Below, piece after piece: positions 13,220-27,053 of a DNA stretch of 64,000 bases (the first letter of the stretch is position 1; each line of letters starts with the position of its first letter). Source of the stretch: Catajapyx aquilonaris. Lineage: Eukaryota. A program made the position numbers and the translations under genes. Below the pieces are notes generated by a model. The model worked only from the letters and a program-made list of their open reading frames with translations. It did no database searches and was not told the origin of the DNA. The DNA lies in contig KZ538014.1 of the NCBI GenBank assembly GCA_000934665.2, positions 124,001 through 188,000 on the forward strand, given 5' to 3'.

Positions 13220-16200
13220 AGTTCTTTTACGTCAAATACTACGATACAGTACCGTCCGTCAAAACTGGCTCCCCCAAGTGACTAAAACAAGGCAACAATG
13301 TTAGACCCACGCCGAAACATGGACCCGGCCATACTTGACCTGCATTGCACTCGTGCATTCCATGTGTGAACGTGCATATGTGAAGTTAGCGAATCTGTCG
13401 GGTGGGGGCTGTGGGTGGGGGGGCATGGCAATGCCCAAAACAGTCAAAATGGAAGCAAGCTTACCCAGGCACGGTTTCCTATTCGTTTCCTCCTCCATCT
13501 CCATGGAAACGCGAATTAGGGAAGGCGGGAGGCCCGCCCCATACTTGGTCCCGACCCGGCCCTCTGTCTCCACCATGGAGGATCAATACCATGGTGCTCT
13601 TTTGCACCAACAACATGGCGCTCCATCTACCCTATCAGGATTTTTTCATACTTTTTTGAACCGTCCTCGTGCGTCTTTTACAATGCGTATAGTACATGGA
13701 GATGGTAGTAAAACAGTAGGGTATGTATAATGTGCTGTTAGTTCCGGTTCACATTTTTATTGGTAGGGGGGACACAAATCTTGATTTCGTCTGGTGATAC
13801 ACTAGGAGGGTAAAAATAAAGGTGGGCATGAAAATACCGAAACACATGCGATGCATGTTAATTTTAGGCATTCCATGTTGGTTTAGAAAACCAATAGTAG
13901 GGTGAAGGGATTTGGAGCTTTTATGTATAGGCTGAAAATGTAACTGGAAGCAATTATGTGCCTGTAGTGCTGTATAAATATTTTTGCCGTAACGTGGCAA
14001 TTAGGACTAATTATTGGCACTGGTAATTGATGCAAACACGTGGTTCGCGATCAAATTGATATACTGTAGTAATTTTATAAGAAAATTAAGCTCTGGTGCT
14101 TTTGCAGGTGTGAATAGAACATTACATTTTCATGGCTTAGACTCGTCATTGTTATGTAAGTCAGATCCAGACCCTGCTTTATGTAACCGAACCTAATCAC
14201 CCACTCTCATTTCCTCCAACCAGTGAGCGCAACTTGACACTGGGATTCTTCTTCCCCTTGCGATCAATATGGCTTCGTTACTTATTTTCAAAACTACGCA
14301 CTTCATTACTTCATACATGCAAATTCTTATCGTTTTGCGCAACGAATATTTTCCTACCATTTTCACGAAAATAATTCAGTGAAAATCTCACTTAATTAGG
14401 TGTATTAGCTAGTCAACAATAAACGATAATCTATTCAATGACTCACTGATAAAATGTACTGTAATTGAATGTTTCTAAGGAACTGATCGTCGCAGATAGA
14501 GGAAAATTGTTATACTATCAACTATAATTCCAAAATATTGCTGCCATTTTTTGATAACAATATGCGACTAACAAATAGTTAAATCAGTGGATTCCTTCAC
14601 CGAATGAACAATGAGGTTGACGTGTAGATATTTAAAATGTTCAGCGCCAATACTGTGCAAGACGTGTGCCGGACTTTGAAACGGAAATCGTGGGTCGGGT
14701 CTCCTCTAGAACAGTACACTAGATTAGGTAGGCTAAATGAGAATTCCGGAATGGGTGGTGGTGTATAAGAAAACTTTCTCCCTTTAGGGTGAACGGAGGA
14801 GATGGTGAGGAAGGAACGCTGGGAGGAGATAGGAAGATGCAAGTTTTATATTAAATTTTTAAGTATTTATTGAATGATACTTTATTAATGTGTGTGATTA
14901 TAAAAACCTTAGCATTCAGCATAAATTCAAAATGTGATTAAGTCTCATTGAATCAAGTGTATATTATTTAGGTACAAGCGTAACATTATCCAGATGCGTG
15001 CAATTGTGTACTCGTATGAATATATTTAAAACAACATTTTGTGCCTATCCTAAATTTCACAAATAGTTATGTAGATAGTTTAAATTTTATGCACCTGTTA
15101 AATATTTGATCTTATAGTGTGTGTATATATACAGCCTGCTGCGGGACAAGTTGAAAAAGATCATTGCTATGCACATTGCACATAATATAATTATAGTAAT
15201 TAGTTGATTAGAATGGCAGAGATTTGTAGAATTTTGATAGCAATATTTTATTACACTGCAGCATAAATCATCACTACATTGTAAAGCCTTTAATTTGCAC
15301 AAACTGGATGAACTCTAGGATATCATTTATGGCCATCATTTTGAAGTCATGGCAATGTGGTCCAACTTGAGAAAAATCAGAAACAACGACCTTGTTCAAG
15401 TTTTTTATATTCTTCAACTGCACAATGCGATAGAAGCTCAAGGTCACCATCAATTATGGTCACCGGCGTCGGTCATTATCCTGCCCACATCCTGTAAGTT
15501 ATAACTGATTCCCTTTATTCGACTACCCTTTTTTTTCTCTCACGAATATAAATTACAAGAATGAAAATTCTGCCTTCATAACAACAAGTGCCTTAGAAGG
15601 CAACCATTGCACAGCAAGTTGAGAAACGAAAAATTTGCCGGTACCTATCCAGAATAAAGTATCGGCGGGTGGTCTTATCGTCACAAATCTTATTCCAACC
15701 CCCCTACCTCCCCCCTTATGGCTATGATAATTGTAAAGGATGGAAATTATGCGTGGTGAGGTGTTTGGGACTTTAATGCCGACTCATGTAGGCAAGTAGA
15801 AAATGAGGAGTGTCTTTTCATGTTCTTTGAGATGGCATTTCAGCCTCGATGGCTCGTAACTTTTTCAGTTTCTTTTTTTTTCTTTTCTTCTTCTTCTTCT
15901 TCTATGCTACTTCTTCTCCACCTCCTCTTTTGCAGCCGTGTCCACTGGGCGTGGGGAAGGAAACTTGAACTTCATTTGCTCATGTCGTGCCACCTGATGT
16001 ATGTTTTGCTTCGTGGACGTGATTTCCAAACAGCCCCTAGCCGAGAGAGAAGCCTTCACACCGCCATTTTTGGGCCTGGACCAAAACACCCCAGTTGCGA
16101 AATCGCAAAGTCCAAATATAATCAGAAGGGTTCAGATTTGAGCAGATTGTAAGCTGGCCTGTATATGTATATGTGGGAGGGAATGGGAAAGGTTATATAG

Positions 16201-19200
16201 TTAGGGGGGGGGGAGCAGCTGCAAGTGACCAGAACCACCGCACGTATACTTGGTGGACGGCATTTTACGAGCCCGGTGTTCATGACAAGAGCAACGGTTG
16301 TGAACTTGTCCAGGCCGTCCAGGGCTTACACTCCAGTTCTAGGGGTCGACAATGGATGGAAATCCTGCTGATGCAAATCGCTTGCATAGGGACTTTTCTT
16401 GTATAAAAAAATAGGATTGATCAGGTAGACCAAAAGAATTTTCAGGTTCTGTAATTTGTTGTTCGGGGTAGCCATTGCGGGGCCCCTCCTCCCTTAAGGC
16501 CAGATAGGGGCGTAAACCTAATCCTGAGTAATTCTCCACTGCCAGTTTGAACCTCGGTGATGTCCTATATCCAGAGGTAACAGAACACGAACGACTTCGA
16601 GGGTTCTTTATCTTCCAGATAAAAATTGAGTATAAAAAATACGACAATATTTATAGTTCAATAATATGCTCACTTAACGGTTAGCGTACATTTTTTACCA
16701 TACTATCCCCCCCCCCTCCAAAAAAAATCCACAGAGCTACTTGGTGGCGTAAACGACAGTCATATACACGGATAAAATATTCTGATGGATTTCATCAGCA
16801 TCCAAAATTTTGGCGGATATATACATGGGCGACATTTTGAGACCCGGTGCTAGCAACATATTACACTGTGGCGGAAGGGAACAGAATTTCATTACTACAC
16901 ATCTGCCCACAAGGAGTGTGTGTCTTGTGGTAATAAGATGCTCGAATGTTTTCTTTATTTTTATTAGCAATACCTAACTCCACTGTGTCAATTCCGTTTT
17001 CTGGTGTGGCGTTGGCGTTGGCAAAAAGGGTGGGATGAAGGAGAGAAAAAAAAGGGGGGAGAAGAGAATGTGCTGGCATCATAGGGCCAAAAAGCTGCCA
17101 TTTACTCCAAATGACCTGCAACTTAATTTTGTATACGGGTAAAGTTGCCAGATCAGGAGCTGACTGCTGATACAAAGTAGACGCTTGTAGTGACGAGATA
17201 TTTCCCTAATGCAGATTGTTATCCGTCAAACTTTCGGGGGAAAGGAGATGCTTCCAGTTTTTGTTCCACGGTTCGAGGAGCCTCGCTCGAATATTGTAAT
17301 CTCCTTTGATAGTCCCAATAGGTCATTTCTTGTGTCGTTGTTCGAGCGAAGGAGACATTCTTCTCTTGTGGGTGATGCAGCCTAATACGTCGCCATATTT
17401 GGGCCAATTTTTTCCTTCCTTTTTGTCAAGCCTTCCCGTCTAAATCCACAGCAACATTTGTTCGGCGTGTCCCAAGCGATGAAATTTGGGCCCTAAATGG
17501 ATTAGTACAGATCTTGACGTCCATAAAAGCATGCTTAAACGTCACTCTGACATCCTCTATAGTAACCTTTGCACGTAGCATTTGTCAACTAATCATCACT
17601 CAATCAGCTATATAGCGGCTAATTTATGAACAGTTATGGTCTCCCCGCAAGTGCTTTCGTGCTTTAGTTTCCTTACAAATTGTGGGACGTATAGTCCATT
17701 GATTGTCACTTGCAAAGCACTTGCCCAACTGATCACGCCGCCTCATTAGCACTCTAGTCGCAAAGTGGATGATGCAATTTTCATTCCCGTGTCTTCATTT
17801 ACGCCTCCACAGCTTCTTTTCCTTTATGGGACGGTAACTCACTTGATATTCGGGCAAATTAGATCAAAAGTGATACTTATTCGCCGGTTTCAAAAGGGAG
17901 GGGAAATTGAATAGGAGGAGAAAAAGGTTGGAATGAATAACCTGCTTGTTATGACGTATTTGTAGGATGCATATGAAACGTCTCAAGGCTTAAAAATTAT
18001 AACGTAAATAGGCCTATCAATTATTTTATGATGGCCGTTGACGACTACTTTATTTTACAGTGATTTGATTAATATATTTCGAGGCTAGCTAGGAATGATG
18101 CAAGTGTTCTCATTTTTATTAATTTTATGGAGCTCTAAAATTTTGAAAAAAATTGAATGCCTTTTGCCATTCTCTCAGATGAGCTGATTTTTCAATTACG
18201 TTATAACTGCTATCAGGCTTCCTTCAGAAATGGATACACGATTTTTTCCAATATACGACATGGATTAGTGTCACAAATCGGGAAAATGTATGCAAGCATT
18301 TCTATTTAATCAGCAAAATGAGTACGCGTGTGAAAGGAAAAACTTTACTTATGGGTCACGATCTTCTACAATTTTATGTATTATAAATTTATATCAGTTA
18401 CAAGCAAAAATATAACTAGTGTATTATGGCATGCGATTTTGCTACGCTTATCAAATTTTAAAAAAATGGACAGTATATTTGCAATAAAATTAGTAGCATG
18501 TCTCTAATTTATTACAGAAATGAATTGGCCTAGTATACAGTTGCATAGTTACGTTTATGTTAACTAATAAGGGGTTTAACTGTGCTTAAGCCGAATTTCA
18601 TAAATGTTGCAATAGTTCATTTGGTTAACAACAAGGACGTAAATTTGGCCACATTCAGGAGCTTAAGCCTTCATTATGTAGCACAGAACTCGACAGTAAT
18701 TATGTACAGGTTATGAATACTGTTCTCCAAAATATAAATGCTAGTCCTCCATTTTCCACAATGAATAAAAATCAGTTTTGAATTGGTGTGCGTCATCAAC
18801 ATTAGTTAAAGTTGGCTTTGTTATTGTTAAATATTCTAAGCTTGGCATCATGTTATCCAGTTCAATCCAAATGATTCCAAGCTATAAGTTGTTAAAATTA
18901 TTTTACAAGATAGTGATGAAGAGGAGGCAATGCAAGTTAAATAAGCTGCAAAATGTAGCATAAATACACAATATTCCAACAATACTCTCTAACTTAAATT
19001 TTCCTGCAGAATGGTGCACAGCCCTAGTTACCAGTCTGAGGGGGGGGGGGGGGGNCCAGTTGGAAGCAGTAACAGTCAATGCCACATTCATTTTCCGGAA
19101 TTGTACCTTCAATTTAAACTGGTCTAGAGTAAACAATCCATAACTTTTTCTCTTGAACTGGGGATTCAGGCAATTCTGTACCACCCTATGTCAAATCGAG

Positions 19201-22200
19201 TTTGACATTGTGTGCACATTGTGTGCATTGTAGGATACACTTCCGAGTGAACACTTCCAATAAGAGAGTGGGGTATAAAACCTGATGAATTATTCGCTCC
19301 ATTCGCTCATGCTTATTCCTGGCGTATATATGCGGGAATGGAGTGCGCTTGCGTGACTGGAGTAAATAAGACCCCACCACAATGTTGAAGGTCTTGGGCA
19401 GTGTATACCATAATGTATAATGAACAATTTGCAAAAATGTTTCTCCAGCATTCAAGTGCTGAGAATCTCATTTGTCCACTTATGGCGGTTGTACCATCTC
19501 CAATTAAGGAGAAAATCTCAGATTATGTTTTCCCTAATTTTCTTTCACATAACCGGTAAGTAAAGGCCATTCGTTGTAAATTGTCACGTTTCTGGCAGAT
19601 AGAACATGAGCCAATAGAAGGCCCGGACACATTATGCAACATTAGTAAGTAGCCTAATCATGTAAATTAATTGCACAGTATATTTATGTAATGCCCTTCA
19701 ATGCCCCTTCAAAACTGTATGACGTATTATTTTAAAGAGGCGAGAAGTATCCCATGCATGGAGAAACTAAGTGACAAGACTTACCTAACATTCGACTGAA
19801 CTCAAGATTTTTCAACTTCTCATAAAATGTCAGTCACATCTCTTCGCATATCGAGAAAGAACTTATTAATAACAAAATGAAAGGCTAGTTCTGACATAAG
19901 CACTGCACTGTGTGACGTGATAGTCAGTACCTTATAGCTGATACCTTAGTATGGCATGTTGTTGGCGACCTGTTCATCCAGCAAACCGACTTCACACTGC
20001 ATGCAGTGTGTCTTAAATTTTTCATAATCATTTTCTGACTCACGAGTCGCAGTAAATTTGGACTGACTGTGAGCGCCGGAAATTCTTGTTAAGTGTTCAT
20101 ATAGTAACTGGGGATCATTTGCAAAATATTTCCAACAAAACGACACAATTTATAACTTCACATTATAACGCGATAACCACACAATATATGAACTTCATGC
20201 CTGTATAGTTAGGATAAAGACCTATGCTTTCAATCATCAAAATTTTTAAAATTATGTAGTTTTACGATATTTGATTTATGATGCTTCTGTATCATACACT
20301 GTCCAAATTAAAACTGCGAGAATAATCGGTTTAAAAAAACTCTGCTCGAACGACTTTTGGAATCAATTGAGTGGAAATCATTTGAGCACTCTTCACCCAT
20401 AACTATTTGGGCTCAAAAATTAAGTTAAGAGCACTTACCAAGTGGCATGTCAATAATATTTCAAACTAAGACGTTTCAAAATAAATCAAAATGCACATAT
20501 CTGCCATACTTTCGAAACACATCACATCTGTGCATAGCCGAGTTTCTACAGTCAAGACCACTCGTACTTTGACACTGATTGAAACAAAAGCGTAAAAAAA
20601 ACTGACGAACCTGCTACCACACTTGAAAGTTGGTATCCTGCCCAAAAGAAGCATTTGGCAAGCGCCAAGAAATTCACCTGCGATAGCTAAAGCGATAATA
20701 GTTGAGCACTCACGCAAAGTTGGACGCCCGGAAAAGGGTCACACACCATCAACACACTCACTTTGGTCACCAGCAAAAGACTGTTGCACAAGTCACCCAA
20801 GAGTCCGGTAGGGCCAACCAAGCCGATCCCGTTTTGCGTGCTCTCTTCCTTTATCTCGAACGAAGAAGGTGTCCGGACATCCTGCGAAAGGGTTGTAAAG
20901 GCTTACCTGAGATGGTACAGTTAGTCGTTTTGTTCCGTGTGGAAGAAAAAGAAGTAACGGGGGTTGTTCAAGTGTTAGGTCATCCTCCGTGTGGCTGACT
21001 GGTTAAAAAAGAGCTGGTGGCCGTGGACGAGCTGGGGGAACCATTTTGGTGCAACCCTTTCCGCTGAATGGGGGTCGTGCCATGACAGTTGTCTGGATGA
21101 CCCTAAAATTTCGGCTTTTACAGCACAAAATAAATTCTTCCTTCCTGGGGCAAAAAGGGGTTTCGCTCCCTGTCCTTTACCCTACCCCCCCTTTCATATC
21201 CCTGAGGGCCCTACCCTTTTTTCCATGCCCGCACTAAAACTAGAAAGGGCCCCCTTTTCCAGGAAAAAATCGGATCCATTGCGACTGATAAGTCCAAGCC
21301 GGACTCTGGCTAATGAAAATGACCACGGTTGTGTGATCCAAAGTATGGCATTAACAATTAGGAATGATTGTTTTCCCGGGGGGTACACACGTTGTAAATA
21401 TGGCGAGGGGGGAGCTGAAGACAGGTGTTCCCATAGAGTAACCAAATGGGAAGCTACCGGTTTACGAGGAGTTATAAAAAGGTAATGACACCACTTGTAC
21501 AAGTTGAGGTATCCTTTTCATTACGTTGGTGATGCAATCTTGCCTAGCGGGGGCTCATTTGGTTTGCCACCTCCCTCCCCAGTACTCCCCAGCCCTTCAT
21601 GGCACCCTACCCCCTCTCAGGTCACCACGTTACAAGTTTCCAACCATCACTGTCAGACACTTATCTCCAGTTAGGGTCCTTATCTCAGGCTCGGGACATG
21701 GGCCATCTCTCGCCCAAGACGTGTAACGTCGCTCGCATCCATTTTGTTGTCCTCTGTGCGCTACTCTGTTCCGCAGTTATTGCCTCGACAACTCGCCAAA
21801 TTTTTTGCATAGTTGCTAATTTATATTCAACCCTCATTTGCGTGCCATTTTCGTCATACTTTGACCATTGGGAGCCGAGCCGTATCATGAGTGTCAAATC
21901 GGGCGTGAGGAATTGGCGCACAGGTGTTTCACATTTGCAAACTTGGGCGTACATTGTACCTCACAGCGATACGTGCTTAAACTTGAACGTTGTGGATGAG
22001 TGTGGTTATTATGCGCCAATTCATCACGTTCTGTCTGCCGCCTCCCGGCTCCATATTTTAATAGAGGGGAATGGAACAGAGAAAGAATGGAAGGGAGGGT
22101 GTGTGGGAGGAAAATTCCATCAGCAGCTGGAGTTTCATAAAACTTGGTCTTCCATTCGTTGAAGAAACCTGGAATGGGCCTAGGGTGGCAAAGCGCACTT

Positions 22201-25200
22201 TGGAACCCGTTGGAAGCAGTTGAGGCTTGCGCCGGCTTGGCCATTTGGCCCTCGTTCTCCAGATAAAATATGGGCTTCATTTTGCCTTGCATGCAATTCC
22301 TATCCATGCAGACCTATGGCTGCTCTGTGTATTCGCTTACCGAGCCGATCTTGCCGATATGCCCCACCTACCCCATTGTCGATAACTCTGCCCCACCCTG
22401 TACATTGTATTTGCAGGGAAGAGCAATTCATGCTGCCTACATGTGTCATGTACCTGCATGAAAAGGCAGTAGATAACGTGTGTGGAATTTATTTTATCAA
22501 CGATCTATCACCAAATCCGTAGTTCATTTTCGCCATAAGAAATAAATGGGAGTGTATATAAATAATATAGGAGTGGTCTGCTCCAGACTGGTGCAAAGAA
22601 GAGCATTGATTCTCAGCTGCAGACACACTATAACTGAGCTTCTATATAGGGTCGGTTGATATACACTGCTGGAACTCCTAGGAATATAACTTGCTCAACT
22701 CGGCTTCGATTATTCCATGCCGGGGCAAACTTTGTCCATTACATATAAACAGAGTCGGTCTGGGCTCATTGAGGAAGTTGGGGACGCTTATTATGTAGGG
22801 TGGAGTTAACTGGGGAAATTTTGCCCGGCGAAACTGATGGGAAACGGTGACCGCCACTTTAGGGAAGTAACTGTTATTTCCCTTTAGGAAAATTCAAAAC
22901 GACAGACGCAGATGAGACGCGATGCTATAACGCCCGCATTATGAAAATTACTGATTTACTTCCTCTTTTGTCTTGCCAGGTCGTGAATAAGGCGTCCCCG
23001 GTCCCAGCAGGCTGGAGCACAATATATTCGGTAAGTACTTGAGATTTTTTTTTCTTTGACAGAAGTTGGGCAATGCGTGTATATATATAGAGGCGTACAT
23101 GTTGAAAATGCAATTAGGTAATGGGTGTGCAAATCCCCCTGACGATGGTCAAAAATCTCAGTAATTGCCGGTTGGCATGAACCTTGGCAATGACGGTGTT
23201 AACACATCAATGTAAAGGGTAAATGCGAGAGATATGTCCATATTTATTGACGTCATTCGGCCCTAATGTGGAATAATGCCTGTGACGTAAATGAATCAAT
23301 ATCAGCCGGCGTTATACATGAAAATTACACTGTCATAAAATCAGGAAATCAATTTGGAGCCGGAATAAATGATTTCCTCTCAATATAGCACTGATTGTGG
23401 CTCCAATGGTCTAAATCACGAATGCGCGATTGGGTCGAAATTTATTGTGCATTACTTTCCACGCGGGCAAAAAAAGAGGGTCGTTGGCGCAGATAATCTG
23501 CAAGATAATGTGATTACAAAGTAGCCGAGCAGGAAGCCTAAAAATGCAATCTGTGATGGTGATTGCCGACATTTAGGGTGACGAGGGGCGTGATTGTCAC
23601 TGACTGGATGATCTCGCTTCGCAGCTGATTTCCAGATTACACCGACTTACACGTCCAAAAAGTCCGACAGGGGGAGGGGGGGGGGGACAAAAAAATTAAA
23701 CTGCCCTTTCACGACTAGAAAATGCCGTTCACGCCAAGTGTCGTGTAAACAAGTCGTGTCGTGGACGTCACAAAGCTACCCCCGAATTAAATACCGTTTG
23801 TCCCCACATTATCAAACGCGTTTTGTTAAGCAATTTATTTGCCTGGATGTTGTTTCAAACCGAATCTTCATATAAGGGTTGTGGCGTCTTAAGATCGGGG
23901 GTTTTGCCAACAGATGCGTGGGTGGCTTGTGGCTGACCTGGAGGGAGGCTAGGAGTTGTATGCAGCAGTGTTAGCCTAAGCAGAGGCTACACCAATAAAT
24001 ATGTTAGCAACTACTGTTTCCTCATGATGGCATTTTATAGCTGGGTCACTCATCTGACCCAACTTTTCCTCCTTTGCCTACCACCTGTTTTCGCACACGG
24101 CCTTGTGTTATCTCGATTGTGATGACTTGCCGGTTTCCCCCCAAAAAAGTCATCTCGTTTCGGTTTTTATGACTGGCCCTGTCTTCCCCCCTTGACTCCC
24201 TCCCCTTCCGCCCTATAGCATAGCCCCGGATTGCCTCAAGTTGAGCTTAAGTTGCCAATGCGAATTTTACACCCTCTTGACATTTGATTAGTCAGATCCG
24301 CGGTAACAAGTGAATAGCGCCCCCTTCCCCCATCACGTAGGCATTTTGGCCCTTGCAGCAGGACCGACACGACTCGTCTGTATGGAGTGTAAATGTCTTG
24401 CAGGCAGTAAAATGGACACTTCTTTATAATCCTCTTTATGACGGGGGCCCGATTTGCCCTGGGCAATGAAAGCGGCGAGACGGCTTCTATATTGTTGAGG
24501 CGTATAGAGCACCGCTTATATGCTGTATACTGAGGGGGGCAGGGGGGAGGTGGGGAGTCTTAATTGTTACCATAAAGCCCCGGCCAAATGTGTCTAGGCT
24601 TGTGAATAGATCATCAGCAACTTGTTTGGTTCTACGCTGGGGAATAGATAATTTTAATGCGCTAGCTGGCGATAGTAAAACTCGGCCGAATGGGTTGTAA
24701 ACAGATGAAGCGTCGCGTACTCCTACTGCGTTACGAATACTTAAATCGACAGAACCCGGCCACGCACAGCCTTTCCTTTGGCATAAAAACACCTCAAAGT
24801 GCCAAATGAAGCACGGCCATGGATGGATGGACCCAAAGAAGAGATTGAGCAAATGGGATAAGAAAAGAAAGGTCTTGCAGAAAAATGATTGTAATAAGTA
24901 TTGTTGCGCGATATTATCAGAAGGTACGTCAGCAGTATTTGAGCTCACATTGGATGCTGCTGTGACCTGGGTTGTGTACAGGGTGTGGTTGTATTTTTAT
25001 CTTGTAAGGTGATATGTCATGGCAACGTGTCAGCGCTTTTGGCTAATTAAGAGGCGCAATAATGTTTAATTAGTATAATTACACGCTTCTATCGGCTGTA
25101 TATAGAGCCTAGTTTGGAAGCGCAAAAGGAGAGAGAGCCTTCTGTCTTTCGTCATAAACAATGGCTGTACCGGTTGGTGACTTGACATTTTAGACTTGTT

Positions 25201-26761
25201 CTGGGTCAACGTGTAGGCTAGAGGCCAATGATGCATTAGTTAAACACCCTTTATAATGCTGAGTTGAATGCAAAACATCCTAACAAGATTTAATTGAAAC
25301 GTAACCAGAGGTGTTCATTAGAATACGCAGGCAAAAAAATAAGAGTATAGCCTAAGTTATACACAGTATTTTTGTTCAATATTATTTTAATGTTGTTTAA
25401 TTTTGACCACAAACTATGCTTGAACTCAGCCAAGGCCACCCAAATAACTGACACATCCAGAGTGCTATTTGACAAGAGCATTAATTATTCTAACAGTGAC
25501 AATATCAGTTCATTTTTACACACTGCTGCGCAACATGAGCACCTGATATAACCATAGCCACATTTTATTATTTTAACCACCACCTTTATATTGCCGTTAC
25601 AAATTACGACAACATTATCCCCAAATAAACGTTACTAGTGTATGGTAGTCAATATTAATCTAGTAGCGCACAATAGAACATGGCATCCCAATAAGGCACA
25701 GGAAGATATACCGTTTGTGATAAATCCAGTGAATAATAGAGATCAGTGGCCTAGAACAAGCTTACATGGTTACGATATCATGGTAATAGTTTCTTATCTA
25801 ATCAGTAAGTTACCTTGGTAACGGCCAAATTACCAATGCAAGCTTGGATCGTTTGATTAGACAAGACAGAATAAAAGTTAAATTAAAACAAATTAATGTC
25901 CTATGCCTGATGCGATTTATTAATAATGATTCTACAGTACATTACAGTAATGACAAGCAATGGATGTTTACAGTCTGATGGGCACTAACATTTAAGACCG
26001 TGCGGTTCTTCTCTACTCAGTCAGCTCGAGTTCTATAAAGGTCATGGGGCAAACTTGAATCCAGGCCATGCAAAATGGCCTAGATTCTAAATATTGTTGT
26101 GCTACTGCCAATTGCCGAAAATTACACCCTGATCGTGATCAATGTGATTTACGCCCCGATTTCATATAATCAGCAAGTGTTTAAAAAAAATCCATTGCAC
26201 TGTATTAATGTTCTTATTTAGTTGGAAAGATGTGCTAATTAGCGCTTCATACTCTTCAATAAAATGGTTGACTAGGGCTAACTACTAATAAATTGACACC
26301 GTATTGCTGCTGTGTATAATATTATAGTAATTGGAAATGTGAAAATAATCAAAATGGAAGTAATGCTACCGGTGAAGAGCCAAGAATTTTCATCCCTGCT
26401 TATTCTTGTAGTAACGTCCGCTAATGATTCACTTTCTATTGAATCACCATTATATTCTGAAAGCATTAGGCCTACTGTATCATAATCTACACTGTAGAAA
26501 AATTCTCAGATTTATTACGCGAATACCTAATTTTACACCAGCACATTGTAAATGGAAAAAAATATTATTCCTTCCTGAACTTTCAGTAGGTATACCTTTC
26601 TTACCAGTAAACGACGGACCTTTATTGAATAAGAGTAATGAAGTGTTCGTGCAGTTTTCACTAAATAGTGTATAAACCTGTACAATGCGATATAGCTCTA
26701 TATCAGCGCCTGAATTTAAATTACTGTGATATTTGTCTCATAAAATAATTCAACTTACCTG

Positions 26762-27053
26762 CTCTCTAAAAAAATAGAGTTAAAAAAACTCATATTGAGT
26801 TTTTTTTAACTCTTTTAAACCTTGAAAGTGGTCATTACCAAAAATGAGTTATAATAACTCTTTCGCTGGAGTTAAAACAACTCTTTTAGTTCATTTCATC
26901 CTCCGAAATAGTTATTAATTCACTCTTTCGGAGGATGAAATGAACTAAAAGAGTTGTTTTAACTCCAGCAAAGAGTTATTATGACTCATTTTTGGTAATG
27001 ACCACTTTCAAGGTTTAAAAGAGTTAATTTAACTCTTATTTTTTTAGAGAGTG
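26762..27053. mobile_element. Near-perfect ~290-bp palindromic foldback MITE (CACT/AGTG-TA terminus)
   Basis: AACTCTTTTAAACCTTGAAAGTGGTCATTACCAAAAATGAGT...GCTGGAGTTAAAACAACTCTTTTAGTTCATTTCATCCTCCGAAA is mirrored almost base for base on the right arm. Termini CTCTCTAAAAAAATA / TATTTTTTTAGAGAGTG-TA; internal GAGTT/AACTC repeats. Confidence 0.88.

Noticed and set aside
17647..17724. GCAAGTGCTTT / AAAGCACTTGC inverted pair resembling a pre-miRNA
   Set aside because: Only 11 bp pair cleanly and the interior is branched or poorly paired.
20991..22162. ORFs of 164 aa and 187 aa
   Set aside because: No recognisable domain, non-ATG or weak starts, and many overlapping ORFs on both strands, as expected in GC-richer non-coding DNA.
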